64,000 nucleotides of DNA, taken from positions 1 to 64,000 of the forward strand of contig JBHLLF010000013.1 of assembly GCA_048885865.1 (NCBI GenBank), written 5' to 3'. Of this stretch, positions 19,370 to 29,882 are shown piece after piece. How positions within the stretch are numbered: position 1 is the first letter of the stretch; the number at the start of each line of letters is the position of its first letter. The position numbers and the translations under genes were made by a program. The notes under the pieces were generated by a model that saw nothing but the letters and a program-made list of their open reading frames with translations, was not told the origin of the DNA and did no database searches. This DNA comes from Candidatus Hermodarchaeota archaeon. GTDB lineage: Archaea > Asgardarchaeota > Thorarchaeia > Thorarchaeales > Thorarchaeaceae.

Positions 19370-19897
19370 CTACGAGAGTTTGAGCTTGAATACCTTCTCA
19401 AACTTGTCAAGTTTCGGTCGGATCACGTATCGACAATACTGCTGGCTTGGGTTATTCTTGTAGTAATTCTGATGATAGTCTTCTGCACGATAGAACTTGG
19501 TGAAGGGAACTATCTCAGTAACCACCGGATTCTTCCAATCTCCACTTTCATCGACTTTCGACTTGAATTGCTCTGCAGCCTTCTTCTGTGCATCATTATG
19601 ATAGAATATGGCTGAACGATATTGAGTTCCTATATCGTTTCCTTGGCGATTGAGAGTTGTAGGATCATGAGTTTCAAAGAACACCTCAAGCAGATCTTCG
19701 TATGTTATTTGTTCTGAATCGAATTCTATCTGGCATGCCTCAGCATGACCAGTCTTTCCTGTAAGGACATCTTTGTATGTAGGATTGTCAGTGTGTCCGC
19801 CTGTATAGCCAGATACAACCGAAGCAACACCTCTGAGTTGCTGGAACACGGCCTCAACACACCAAAAGCAACCTGCTGCAAACGTGGCGGTTTCCAT
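19370..19897 (-). CDS. msrA: Peptide methionine sulfoxide reductase MsrA
   Basis: [42 protein letters not shown] motifs. Confidence 0.97.
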   Translation of the reverse strand: METATFAAGCFWCVEAVFQQLRGVASVVSGYTGGHTDNPTYKDVLTGKTGHAEACQIEFDSEQITYEDLLEVFFETHDPTTLNRQGNDIGTQYRSAIFYHNDAQKKAAEQFKSKVDESGDWKNPVVTEIVPFTKFYRAEDYHQNYYKNNPSQQYCRYVIRPKLDKFEKVFKLKLS

Positions 19898-19959
19898 GCA
19901 CTATCAATGTAGCGAATGTAAATCAATAGCTAGGAAGAGGCACAACACCTCTCTGCCAG

Positions 19960-20355
19960 TCAACCTAGGTTCCTTAATCTGAACCAGTGTTCAAGGAAGA
20001 GAATGCCAAGCAGAAGGTCACCTGCAACGAAAGCAAGTACCAAGATGGACGCCTCTCCGATTATGTAGTAGTAGAAGCCCACGACAAATACCATGGCTTT
20101 CTCGAATATCACAACGGGAATGAACCCTTGGCTGACCTCGAAGTTAATGCTGATGACATAGAGAAGTAGTCCCACAACGAATATCAACAGGAAAAAAGAA
20201 TCGGCCCATAACAGTGTCGGCGGAGGAGGCACATCACCTGCTAAGGAGAAATAGGCAATATCAATTCTAGGCAACACTGCAAAAGAGATTGCCAGTATGC
20301 AGTTCCAAAACGCAGCTAGTTTGAACAATAGACTGTGATATCGTTCTCTGTCCAT
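19960..20355 (-). CDS. Small integral membrane protein
   Basis: Four hydrophobic helices; start placed at MDRERY. Confidence 0.7.
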   Translation of the reverse strand: MDRERYHSLLFKLAAFWNCILAISFAVLPRIDIAYFSLAGDVPPPPTLLWADSFFLLIFVVGLLLYVISINFEVSQGFIPVVIFEKAMVFVVGFYYYIIGEASILVLAFVAGDLLLGILFLEHWFRLRNLG

Positions 20356-20454
20356 GGAATTCACACCTTTGCACCTTCTGCATATGTTGCACATATAACT
20401 CCGACGGCACTAACCAAGGAAGCTCCTATATGGAGCGGTATGTCTTGGTTCAGT

Positions 20455-21609
20455 ATGCGAGTCAAGCCCAATTACTCTGGTAAAGGAATCACAAACCTGA
20501 TGAGCTCGATTGCATCCGCTGTTGGGACAGAGAGCCCATATCCAGAGATATCTGAAAGTTGGTTATCAGGGATAGAAGAATCCAAGAATATAGTTCTGAT
20601 AGCAGTGGATGGTCTAGGGTACGATTACCTCATGAAGAATGGAAAGGACACAGCGCTTGCATCATCAGTGAAAGGTCCGCTTACGTCGGTATTTCCGCCA
20701 TCGACAGGCTCTGCGATAACGACGTTCATCACAGGATTGCCGCCTCAACAACATGCTGTGACAGGTTGGTACGTCTTTCTCAAGGAATATGGGATGATGT
20801 CACGCATTCTTCCATTCACTAGTGTAGTTGACTGGAATGTGCTGGACACAGACATCGCCAATGTGGTTAATGTCGAGTCCTTATTCTGGCAGATAGAGCG
20901 AGAGCGCATTGTTGTAGCCGGTAAACAGATAGTTGACTCTACGTTCTCACTCTACACTATAGGTCTCTCTGCCAAGAGAATTGCATATGAAGGACTTCAA
21001 AGCTTCTTCACTGGTTTGGAACAGGCTATCTCATCATACGAAAAGGCAAGCTATATCTACGCATATTGGCCGGAGCTTGACTCAATCGCTCACATACTTG
21101 GGATTGAGAGTAATGAGGCACTCGATCATCTTCAGGAGTTTGATCATGCCCTGAAAGAGTTCATTGAGAGGATTGAAGGCACTGATACCACGCTAATAAT
21201 CACAAGCGATCATGGATTGCAAGATGTGACTCCTGATGATCTTATCCTGACCGGTGATCATCCGGATTTGGTCGAGTCTCTCACCCTTCCGCTTTGTGGA
21301 GATACGCGCTCCGTCTACTGCTATGTACGACCATCGAGAGTAGGAAGATTCGAGGATTACATCACCTCAGAATTCGGGCACGCTTGCACGCTTCATAAAA
21401 GTGAGGATCTGGTCAACGAAAATTGGTTTGGCCTCTACGAGGAAAATCCAAGGCTATCTGGTCGAGTTGGAGATTATACATTGATCTTCAATGATGGGCA
21501 TGCTGTTCTAAATAGCTTCCCAGGACAAGAACCCCCATCTCTTACAGGACATCACGGAGGGACATCCAGCGAGGAGATGAATGTTCCACTCATTGTTATC
21601 AACTGTTGA
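20455..21609 (+). CDS. Alkaline phosphatase superfamily (type I phosphodiesterase/NPP-like) protein
   Basis: VDGLG, TSVFPPST, ELDSIAH, TSDHG, GHHGG motifs; start uncertain. Confidence 0.88.
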   Translation: MRVKPNYSGKGITNLMSSIASAVGTESPYPEISESWLSGIEESKNIVLIAVDGLGYDYLMKNGKDTALASSVKGPLTSVFPPSTGSAITTFITGLPPQQHAVTGWYVFLKEYGMMSRILPFTSVVDWNVLDTDIANVVNVESLFWQIERERIVVAGKQIVDSTFSLYTIGLSAKRIAYEGLQSFFTGLEQAISSYEKASYIYAYWPELDSIAHILGIESNEALDHLQEFDHALKEFIERIEGTDTTLIITSDHGLQDVTPDDLILTGDHPDLVESLTLPLCGDTRSVYCYVRPSRVGRFEDYITSEFGHACTLHKSEDLVNENWFGLYEENPRLSGRVGDYTLIFNDGHAVLNSFPGQEPPSLTGHHGGTSSEEMNVPLIVINC

Positions 21610-21802
21610 CTCATCTTTTTGTAGGTGCTTATAAGGGTCCCAAAGGACGCATGTTTGATGTGATGAGCCCGATGTCATGGGGTTGTAGGCTGTCCCTTGT
21701 TGGCATCGGGACTCTCCTCCTAATTCTCTGACACTAACTTGCTCTGTAAGACATATTCTTCTCCTGATTAGGATTCGCTGCCAACGGGCTTGGAAGGTCA
21801 CC

Positions 21803-22723
21803 CTACAAGAGGACCTGCATCTCTTTCGCAGTTTCCAGGTTCTTCTTGACTATATCGAGCTCGGAATCCAGTTCTAGGGCTTTTTGATAGCACTCAACAG
21901 CCCGTTTAACATCGCCCTTCTCTCTCAAAGCAACTCCAAGATTATTCCATCCGCGCGGATCGTTAGGCGACAGTTCAGTGTACTTCTCAAGTATTGGTAT
22001 CGCTTCCTTCCAGTTGTCAAGAAACCAAAGAGTAGTTCCATATTTGAATAGAATCTCGGGCTGCTTCCTCTTCACTGACAGACTTGACTCGTAGAACTCA
22101 GCTGCTCTCTCGTAATTTTGGGCATCATAGCAGAGATTCCCAACTGTGTTTATTGAACTTAGAGCTCTAGGATTCAAGTCTATAGCAGCGTTAAGGCTTG
22201 TACATGCGGCATTGTACCGGCCAAGTTGGGCTTGGCACATTCCTAGCATTTCCCATACTTCATAGAGGCCAGGATGGGTTTCTAGAATATAGGAGGTGAC
22301 AGTGAGCACGCTTTGGCAGTCATCAGCTTGGACAGCAGCCTTAGCCATTGCCAAGAGAGTATCCAGCTCGCTACCCCCAAGCTCAAGATATTTAGTGAGG
22401 GTTTCTATTGCCTCCTCATACATCTCTTCAGAGTATTGAAGCATCCCCGCATTCTCAATCGGTTCAATCCATTCCGAATCGATTTCCATGGCCTTGATGA
22501 AACACTCCAGTGCTTCTGCAGACTTCTCGGCATCTTGATAGACTAGTCCCAGAAGGTTCCATGCCATCACAAATGATTCGTCCATCTCAATAGCTGCCTT
22601 GAGGGATTCTTCTGCAGCGTTGAACTCTCCAAATCTCTGAAAATGCTCACCACGACGATATAATGACATTGCTTCGTCAGATGGGGCATTTGGCATTGTA
22701 GTCCGCTTCCATGAGGTATTCAA
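21803..22723 (-). CDS. Tetratricopeptide repeat protein
   Basis: Multiple TPRs, e.g. AWNLLGLVY and GWNNLGVAL...AVECYQKALELD. Confidence 0.92.
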   Translation of the reverse strand: MNTSWKRTTMPNAPSDEAMSLYRRGEHFQRFGEFNAAEESLKAAIEMDESFVMAWNLLGLVYQDAEKSAEALECFIKAMEIDSEWIEPIENAGMLQYSEEMYEEAIETLTKYLELGGSELDTLLAMAKAAVQADDCQSVLTVTSYILETHPGLYEVWEMLGMCQAQLGRYNAACTSLNAAIDLNPRALSSINTVGNLCYDAQNYERAAEFYESSLSVKRKQPEILFKYGTTLWFLDNWKEAIPILEKYTELSPNDPRGWNNLGVALREKGDVKRAVECYQKALELDSELDIVKKNLETAKEMQVLL

Positions 22724-22878
22724 TTATGGATTTTCCCTTGGAAAACAAGAAGCCCAGTGTCTTTTGAATCCTTATCGGTCATACTGTGATATTTTATGAG
22801 AAGAAAAAAGAAGGGGATTGTCCACACATTTGCGACATAGTGGACTCTCACCCTCAACCGGATTGGTCACGTTGAGGA

Positions 22879-23091
22879 TCATGCTATATAGTACCTCCAG
22901 AACGTTTCCAATTCTGATACATCTACACCATGCTTTTGTGGTTCATACTTCTCTTTGGAGGCATCCTTCTTGTCAACATCCTCTCCGTCAGAGGACAGGC
23001 AATTTGGATGCTGGTTTTTTATTCCTGGCTTGTCGGTTTCTTTTACCACAATCTCCACCTCTAGAGAGGGACTGCCTTTATTGCAGTCCAT
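22879..23091 (-). CDS. Small hypothetical protein (true start may be an internal GTG after GAGGTG, giving MVKETD...)
   Basis: Short charged ORF ending ELETFWRYYIA. Confidence 0.5.
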   Translation of the reverse strand: MDCNKGSPSLEVEIVVKETDKPGIKNQHPNCLSSDGEDVDKKDASKEKYEPQKHGVDVSELETFWRYYIA

Positions 23092-23446
23092 GTGTTGCAG
23101 GATGACTAAGCGAATCTGCTAAGATAGACTTGCAGTCATCCGGATTCCTTGTCGTTGCTGACTCACTTCATGTCAATCTTGATGTCTGACTGAAGCGATG
23201 ATAGATGATAGGTGTCGAAGCGGGGAGTCAGACTGATTTTCATTCGTATGGAATGGGCATCACATCACACTGTAAACTAGATCCACGCACAATTTAGCTG
23301 ACCTCCTCGACCTGACTATCATGCTAGTTGATAGAAGTCATCTTTAGTGACCTGAGTTTCTACAGAAGCAGTATTATACCTTTCCAACTACGCCATGTGA
23401 AAATGCACATAAGCGCCGCCTTGAATATGAAAAAAGGAGAGGACAA

Positions 23447-23914
23447 ATGTCAAAGACAATCATTATCTATGAAAGCATCTATGGAAACACAAAGAAAGTG
23501 GCAGATGCAATAGCAGAAGGGATTAGAGAGTCAGGTCAGATTGATTGTATCATTGCCAAGACTGGAGAGGTGCATCATACCGATGACCTGGCAAAATATG
23601 ATGCTGTCATTTTCGGTAGCCCCAATCACAATCAGGAACCGTCACGTAACATGCTGAAGTTCATTGAACGAGTAGGTATTGTGGACCTTGATACCAAAAT
23701 GGGCGCGGCATTTGATACTTACACTGGCGGGAACAAGGGAATTGCCGTGAGGAAAATGGAGCAGGCAATTCGCCAGAAAATAGCTTGTATCACATTTGTC
23801 ATTGATGGCTTTTCAGCCAAGGTGGAGGGCAGAAAAGGCCCCTTAGCAGAAGGAGAGATTGATAGGGCTATTGAATTCGGGAAACAAGTGGCAGCCAAGA
23901 TTCAGGGCAAGTGA
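23447..23914 (+). CDS. Flavodoxin family protein
   Basis: YESIYGNTKKVA FMN-binding loop; FGSP. Confidence 0.92.
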   Translation: MSKTIIIYESIYGNTKKVADAIAEGIRESGQIDCIIAKTGEVHHTDDLAKYDAVIFGSPNHNQEPSRNMLKFIERVGIVDLDTKMGAAFDTYTGGNKGIAVRKMEQAIRQKIACITFVIDGFSAKVEGRKGPLAEGEIDRAIEFGKQVAAKIQGK

Positions 23915-23929
23915 TGAATTAGTCCATTA

Positions 23930-25120
23930 TCAAATCTCATATCGGTTGGGAGCACTCGATAATGAACTATTGCCAGAACTTGTGATGGCGTACGTGTCTT
24001 CGATTCCTAGGACTTCGCGGCCAGGCGTGATGATTTTTGGCTCACATGCAAGAACATTGCCTTGCTCCAAGTCAGGACCTCTGGAGTAGAACACGGGTAG
24101 CTCATCCAACTCAAGTCCAACTCCATGGCCAATGAAAGAAACTTTGTTATTGTCAACGCCCATGAAATTGTCCTGAATTCCCAGCTCCATGCTGAGTTCG
24201 ATCACTTCGCCATAGAGAACTCCTAGATTGACTCCTGGTTTCATTTTCTTGAGAAGGAGGTTTTTAACTTCTGACAGACTGTCAAGCTTTGCACTTAGAT
24301 CTTCATCGAACTTGCCACAGATGAAAGTGCGAGTCGTATCAGAATGGTATCCTCTCATATTTCCACATGAATCAACGAGAAATGGTCGGTTTCTGCCAAG
24401 CTTCTGACGTGTTGGTCCTAGCGGATATTTCAAAGAGAGTCCAACTCCAGATACAGGAGTGAAGAAGGTGTTCAGTGTAGAGCCTCCACTGGAAACAACA
24501 TAGGAATAAATCAGCATTTCAGATGTGAAGGATCGTGTTGTGATAAAGCCGGCATGTCCATTCTCCACCATATAGGCATCTAGACGCATTGATAATTCAA
24601 TCTCGGTCATTTCAGGAGTAGCTATCTCTGTGCAGTACTCGTAAGATTGGTCGACAATTTTAGCTGCTCCTTCAAGCAGTTCGATTTCATAGTCTGATTT
24701 CCTAGCACGTATCTGTCTAAGCAAATCACTGCCATCAGAGAGGGTAATCCCATCCACTCTTGATTGAAGGAAGGTCAAAAATGAATAGGGCACTACATCC
24801 GCCTCCATCCCTATTGTGGTGCCAGACGGTACATTGAGCGTCTGGAATATTTGTGACATACGACCCATTGGCTTGATATCAGGTATCAACGAGTATGACT
24901 CTACCAAATCCAAGTTACGCTCAACCAAACGAATTGGCTCACCCTCAACTGGTATGTAGACGACACCGCCAGTACCAATTCCTGAGTAGTAGTATAGCTC
25001 AACGGTAGTCATTAAGAGCGCACCATCAAGCTCAGCACTCCTCAGGTGGTCCTTGAGTCTAGAAATACGGCTATCGATCTCCTCTTGTGGAAGTCTGGAA
25101 TACACCTCTGACATAGTCAT
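23930..25120 (-). CDS. M24 family Xaa-Pro peptidase
   Basis: Metal ligands in VDSC, SDTTRT, GHGVGLE, CEPK, GIEDT. Confidence 0.9.
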   Translation of the reverse strand: MTMSEVYSRLPQEEIDSRISRLKDHLRSAELDGALLMTTVELYYYSGIGTGGVVYIPVEGEPIRLVERNLDLVESYSLIPDIKPMGRMSQIFQTLNVPSGTTIGMEADVVPYSFLTFLQSRVDGITLSDGSDLLRQIRARKSDYEIELLEGAAKIVDQSYEYCTEIATPEMTEIELSMRLDAYMVENGHAGFITTRSFTSEMLIYSYVVSSGGSTLNTFFTPVSGVGLSLKYPLGPTRQKLGRNRPFLVDSCGNMRGYHSDTTRTFICGKFDEDLSAKLDSLSEVKNLLLKKMKPGVNLGVLYGEVIELSMELGIQDNFMGVDNNKVSFIGHGVGLELDELPVFYSRGPDLEQGNVLACEPKIITPGREVLGIEDTYAITSSGNSSLSSAPNRYEI

Positions 25121-25263
25121 CAGTCATTCATAGCACAATATGACTCCTCCGCCAGTGACCCCAAAAGAAGAAGAAACGGACTTAATAGGGGAATTAAGGC
25201 AAGAATATAAACATAATAGACCACCGTATAATATATTAGGGTATACTATGTATTCATATCTGA

Positions 25264-25638
25264 ATGTGTTGTGAAAAAGGGGCCGAGCCAATGACAGACG
25301 TCATACCAACCGCCAAAAACTCCATGAAGACCTCATGCGGACGTTGCGGATGCATTATAGTCTACACAGGGAAATTATGCTTGTTCTGCGATGCTGCAAA
25401 AGAGATCATCGGAGAAGCAATCAACCAGTATGGTGTTTCTGATGACGTAATCTGTCAGATTGATGTAGACGAGGGTGAAGGAGTAGGATGCGGATGTGAG
25501 GATGTGGTGACAAGCCTGCCCACCATTCGAATCTGCGAGATTGTCCTCGAGGGTCTTCCAGATGAGGGCCAGGTGACAGATGCTGTTCTCCGGGCACTCA
25601 TGATGGACTGTTTCTGTGATAGCCCGGCTATGCTGTAG
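25264..25638 (+). CDS. Cys-rich thioredoxin/glutaredoxin-fold protein
   Basis: IVYTGKLCLFC CxxC motif and VTSLPTI cis-Pro motif. Confidence 0.7.
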   Translation: MCCEKGAEPMTDVIPTAKNSMKTSCGRCGCIIVYTGKLCLFCDAAKEIIGEAINQYGVSDDVICQIDVDEGEGVGCGCEDVVTSLPTIRICEIVLEGLPDEGQVTDAVLRALMMDCFCDSPAML

Positions 25639-25655
25639 GCAATCTCTCTTATCCT

Positions 25656-26138
25656 CTATTTCAATTCCATTAGAGGACTTGCGGCATGGGCCTTGATGCT
25701 GTCTTCTTGCCCTGCTGTTTCAATGGCACATGGCCTACTCTTCCGTACAGACTCGATTGCATCAAGGCCGTCCCTCTGCCCATAGAGATAGACCTCGGCG
25801 ATAGCAAGCATTGTGCCTGTTCTGCCACATCCAGCAAGACAGTGAATTAGCACGGGCTTCCTTTGGTTTAGGGCATTCCTCACAATCTCTACGAACTCCC
25901 TCACATTTTGTTCTGAAGGAATATCGAAGTCTGGAATTGATATCTGGTGGTGCTCCAGGTCGAACTCTGAAAAGTCTGGAAATCCAAACCTTGATTCCAG
26001 CGAAATGACCACTTTGATGCCAGCATCAGAGATTTGCCGAAGGTCATTGATGGTTTCAGGCAGTGAAGCCCCCCACAGCTCACCTGGCCTATGTTCGAAT
26101 AGCTGAAACAACAAATTGGCACGACCTGCAAGGACCAA
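25656..26138 (-). CDS. Dual-specificity/protein tyrosine phosphatase
   Basis: HCLAGCGRT (CX5R), IPDFDIP loop, RPCAIET. Confidence 0.92.
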   Translation of the reverse strand: MVLAGRANLLFQLFEHRPGELWGASLPETINDLRQISDAGIKVVISLESRFGFPDFSEFDLEHHQISIPDFDIPSEQNVREFVEIVRNALNQRKPVLIHCLAGCGRTGTMLAIAEVYLYGQRDGLDAIESVRKSRPCAIETAGQEDSIKAHAASPLMELK

Positions 26139-26139
26139 T

Positions 26140-26595
26140 TTAGAGGTCTACTCTAATAGTTTCCCATTTGACTCTGCCAGATTCCACAGCCTCTTTGATC
26201 CTGCGTTCGGTTCGGTTCAGTTTTGCGTCACCCGTTTTTATGTCAGCTAGAACTACTGTAATGGGACGTTCAAATGGGCTGTCTTTCACTTCAGTATAGC
26301 CATCGAAGATCAGATAGTCAATGGGAGCCCCTATGAAACGTGCATCTGCAGGATTGTATCTAAATACATCACTCATCATTGGGACCATATGTTCTGCAAT
26401 CTTCCCCTTGATGACATAGCGGCTTCTCTGCGCTGCATCCTTTCTGATGTCACCCTCTTGTTCAGCCCAAGTCTTCTCAAATTCAGCAGTCACAATCTCG
26501 ATTCTGTGTCTAAGACGCCAGTTCATAATCAGATATACAAACACTGTAACAAGTAGTCCGATCCCAAGACCAAGAAGCACATCCTCTAATGCCAT
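26140..26595 (-). CDS. Holliday junction resolvase-like endonuclease with N-terminal TM helix
   Basis: KGKIAEH..P, ARFIGAPIDYLIFDG, DIKTG PD-(D/E)xK motifs. Confidence 0.85.
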   Translation of the reverse strand: MALEDVLLGLGIGLLVTVFVYLIMNWRLRHRIEIVTAEFEKTWAEQEGDIRKDAAQRSRYVIKGKIAEHMVPMMSDVFRYNPADARFIGAPIDYLIFDGYTEVKDSPFERPITVVLADIKTGDAKLNRTERRIKEAVESGRVKWETIRVDL

Positions 26596-26629
26596 AGAAA
26601 TCTATTCATTCTATAGGATATATGCACGG

Positions 26630-27002
26630 GTAATCGCCGGGTATTGCGTCATAGACGACGATCGAATCGCTTGGGCCGAGGCTGTGTAGTTCCATTCCAA
26701 AACTATCAAATGAACTGGAGAAAGCCTGATAGACGGATTCGCGGCATTAGCTCGCTTATCGAGAATCTGGGACATGGACTAAATAATGAGGTCTCAAACG
26801 GTGGCTGGAGAAAGAGATGTCATTCTTCGCATGCCTATGTGTTGCAGGAGGCCGTTGGATCACTAGCTTTGGCCCGGTCCAAGCTGATGACGCATTGGAG
26901 TTCTATGTGACTGCATATGACAGCTCCCCTCTTGCGAACCCTGCTGACACTCAGCCGTTCTCATTTCAGATAGGCCGTGTGGACCTACAATTACCGGGAT
27001 AA
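26630..27002 (+). pseudogene. Possible decayed surface-protein fragment
   Basis: Broken frames; FGPVQADDALEFYVTAYDSSPLAN resembles the Ig-like domains of surface proteins such as 9934..10872. Confidence 0.3.
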
Positions 27003-27064
27003 GAATGCTAATAGAGGCCAATTCTTGAGCAATTAGACAAGCAACGCTTGGGTAGGCAGTCCTT

Positions 27065-28612
27065 ATGCCGAACACTCGTAAGTTCCTCTATGCCTTGATT
27101 ACAATTGGCCTCATTCTTGGATTCACTAAGACTACTGTTCTGGCCCCTGCAGAAATAAGCCGGACTCCTGCTAGTGTGGCCTATATTTCAGACGGCACAA
27201 TTGTGGGTTTCACAGAGAATCTGCTTCTATCAACAGATGATAGTTCTTACAATCACCATATAGAAGTCACAATGGTCATTAGTGACAATGGGACTCTCTT
27301 CGCAGGTTGGAAAAACTCTGAAACTCACAATGGAGGCGGGGCAAGGGTCAGCTTTGTCAAGTCAAGCGATGGCGGTGAAACGTGGTCATACCCCTATCAT
27401 ATGCCAATGTTCTGGCAGGATTTTACCTCAAGACAGTCCGACCCTTGGATGGCTTGGCATGACGGAAAGTTATACTATGCGTATCTCGAGTTCACAGATA
27501 CAGAGTCGCAAATCACTGTAGCAGTTAGCCACGACTATGGAACATCATGGGACACCGTACAATCCACTTTTGGATCCGGTTTTGCTGACAAAGAAACCAT
27601 TACCGTCAGCAATGATGGTGTTGTCTACGTTGCATACGATGATTTGGTCAATGGCAATTCCACCATCAGACTCACACGTTCTCTTAATGATGGAGAGTCA
27701 TTTGAGGCTGCTAGTGTGATTGCAGAGTCAGACCCGGGAAATGTCGCACCCTATCTTGAAGTTGATTCGGCAAATGATGTCTATGTGGTATGGACATACC
27801 TCAATGACACAGCAGGTGACCTGTTTCTGGATGCGAGCTATGACCAAGGTCTTACTTTTGGAGAGGAGGAGTTCATCAATCAAGATGGTAACTATGCTGC
27901 ATGGACAACTGCTGGAAATCTGCCAGCAAAAATCACTCTTCCAGTGATACATTTCGAAGAACGTTCAGGACAAAATGACAGAATGTATCTTCTTTGGGCG
28001 GACTTGTTTGACGGAACTCATGATAATTTCGACGTGTATCTTCGGTATTCAGACAACTATGGCGAAACATGGAGTCCTAGAATTCTGATTAATCCTGAAA
28101 CGGAGGGGGACCAGTGGAACCCTGAGATGGCTATTGACTCAACCGGACGGATTCATATTGGATACTATGATGAGCGCGATGGCTTCTATCGACCATACTA
28201 TCGGTCACTTGTCTTCACCGGGATAGACAGATCATTTCCTGTGCTCGGACCAGTGATTCCTATAGCTGAACAGAACACCTCGAGCGCGTTCACAAGACCC
28301 GGGGAGTATTTTTCAATAGAGGTGGATGCGCACGACATGCCGCATATTGTGTGGGCAGATGGAAGAAATGGCGAGATGGACATCTACTATGCGAGGGGAA
28401 CACAGGTTCAGCAAACAGAAACGTCAGGCACTGCCACAGATACGACACCCACCACGACCACCACTGGGGGAAATGTTGAGCCAACAGATGGCTTCTGGTC
28501 AGATATAGGCCCACTTGCAATCACGACTCTGCAGGTTGGAGCTGTCGCACTACTAGTAGTTGTACTCTATGTGCTTATGCGCCGCAAGCCATGGCTATTG
28601 GAGGATCATTGA
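27065..28612 (+). CDS. Sialidase-like BNR/Asp-box beta-propeller surface protein
   Basis: Five Asp-boxes (SSDGGETWS, SHDYGTSWD, SLNDGESFE, SYDQGLTFG, SDNYGETWS); Thr-rich linker; C-terminal TM helix. Confidence 0.85.
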   Translation: MPNTRKFLYALITIGLILGFTKTTVLAPAEISRTPASVAYISDGTIVGFTENLLLSTDDSSYNHHIEVTMVISDNGTLFAGWKNSETHNGGGARVSFVKSSDGGETWSYPYHMPMFWQDFTSRQSDPWMAWHDGKLYYAYLEFTDTESQITVAVSHDYGTSWDTVQSTFGSGFADKETITVSNDGVVYVAYDDLVNGNSTIRLTRSLNDGESFEAASVIAESDPGNVAPYLEVDSANDVYVVWTYLNDTAGDLFLDASYDQGLTFGEEEFINQDGNYAAWTTAGNLPAKITLPVIHFEERSGQNDRMYLLWADLFDGTHDNFDVYLRYSDNYGETWSPRILINPETEGDQWNPEMAIDSTGRIHIGYYDERDGFYRPYYRSLVFTGIDRSFPVLGPVIPIAEQNTSSAFTRPGEYFSIEVDAHDMPHIVWADGRNGEMDIYYARGTQVQQTETSGTATDTTPTTTTTGGNVEPTDGFWSDIGPLAITTLQVGAVALLVVVLYVLMRRKPWLLEDH

Positions 28613-28839
28613 TGACTACAATAGCATACTCAGGCAAAGAATTGAATCCAGACCAAATGGCTGCGCCATTGAGGAGAATCAGCATAAGCCATCTGATAAT
28701 GAAAGCTTGTTCCTATTTAGCAAATAGAAGCGTTACCAGCCCATCTCAAGACTAGCTTTCCAGCCTGAAACTGCAACTCCTCACCATTGATGCGGGACAT
28801 TCATTAAGTGCTAGCTCAGATTCAGAGAAGCTGAGAGCG

Positions 28840-29877
28840 ATGATGAAACGACTGTTCGATATGCTCAAGACATTGAGTGAAATCCCAGGACCCGTTGGAC
28901 GAGAAAGCCTTGTTCAAGAGGAGATTAAGAAACACTTGGTGAACCTTGGATTGGAGGTTTCACAGGACAGAATTGGGAATCTCACAGCAACAATGGCCGG
29001 GACCAACAAACACTATGCTTTGGTCTCTCATGCTGATGAGGTGGGATTCCTTGTAAGCAACATCGACTCTTCGGGATTCATTCGTGTCAAATGGAACACT
29101 TCAGGACACATGCCTGATCTAAGACTATTGCCCGGTCAACATGTGGTGCTTATGACCGACGATGGAATGATCCCGGGAGTCTTCTGTGTGAAGACTGCGC
29201 ATATTGCAGGGCCAGAAGGCAAGAAGAGGATACCAGAATACAGCGAGATATTCTTGGACATCGGTGTTGCTTCAGCTGAAGAGGTGGAAGAGAGAGGAGT
29301 AAACATCGGTACGCCTGTGCTCTACGATACCACACTAAGGCAGAATGGTCGCAATGTTGTTGGTAAGTCAATGGATGATAGAGTAGGCCTCACAATGATG
29401 ATGGTCATAGCAGAGGAGTTTTCCAAGATTTCTGAGAATAACCGCCCTACGCTGACATTCGTTTCCACTGTCATGGAAGAGCTAGGAGCCAAGGGAGCTG
29501 CCGCCGTTGCGAGTAAATTGGATGTGGATGGAGTGATCATTCTCGAGATTGGACTGGCTGACGACTATCCGGGAACCGCCGGAGAAGCTGGCGTGGCTCT
29601 TGGAAAAGGTCCAGTGGTTGTTGTAAAGGACACACAGCTGCATTATTCTCAAGATATGATTGAGAAATTCGTTGAAATAGCAGGGAAAAAGGACATTCCT
29701 ATTCAGCGAGCGGTCTATCACAACTATGCTACGGACGGTCTTCAGATGGTAATGCAAGGACTACTGGTTTCAACTCTGGCCATTCCTTGTAGATATTCCC
29801 ATAGTAGCTTCGAAACTCTGAATCTTGAAGATGTGGATAACGCTATTCTACTACTCATAGCGTTTCTGAAGGAATAG
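28840..29877 (+). CDS. M42 family (TET-like) aminopeptidase
   Basis: SHADEVG, GKSMDDRVG, TVMEELG, RYSHS motifs. Confidence 0.92.
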   Translation: MMKRLFDMLKTLSEIPGPVGRESLVQEEIKKHLVNLGLEVSQDRIGNLTATMAGTNKHYALVSHADEVGFLVSNIDSSGFIRVKWNTSGHMPDLRLLPGQHVVLMTDDGMIPGVFCVKTAHIAGPEGKKRIPEYSEIFLDIGVASAEEVEERGVNIGTPVLYDTTLRQNGRNVVGKSMDDRVGLTMMMVIAEEFSKISENNRPTLTFVSTVMEELGAKGAAAVASKLDVDGVIILEIGLADDYPGTAGEAGVALGKGPVVVVKDTQLHYSQDMIEKFVEIAGKKDIPIQRAVYHNYATDGLQMVMQGLLVSTLAIPCRYSHSSFETLNLEDVDNAILLLIAFLKE

Positions 29878-29882
29878 AAAGG

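Noticed and set aside
26140-26595. Resolvase-like nuclease as the recombinase of the array
   Set aside because: A widespread TM-anchored family, 16 kb away, with no sequence link to the repeats
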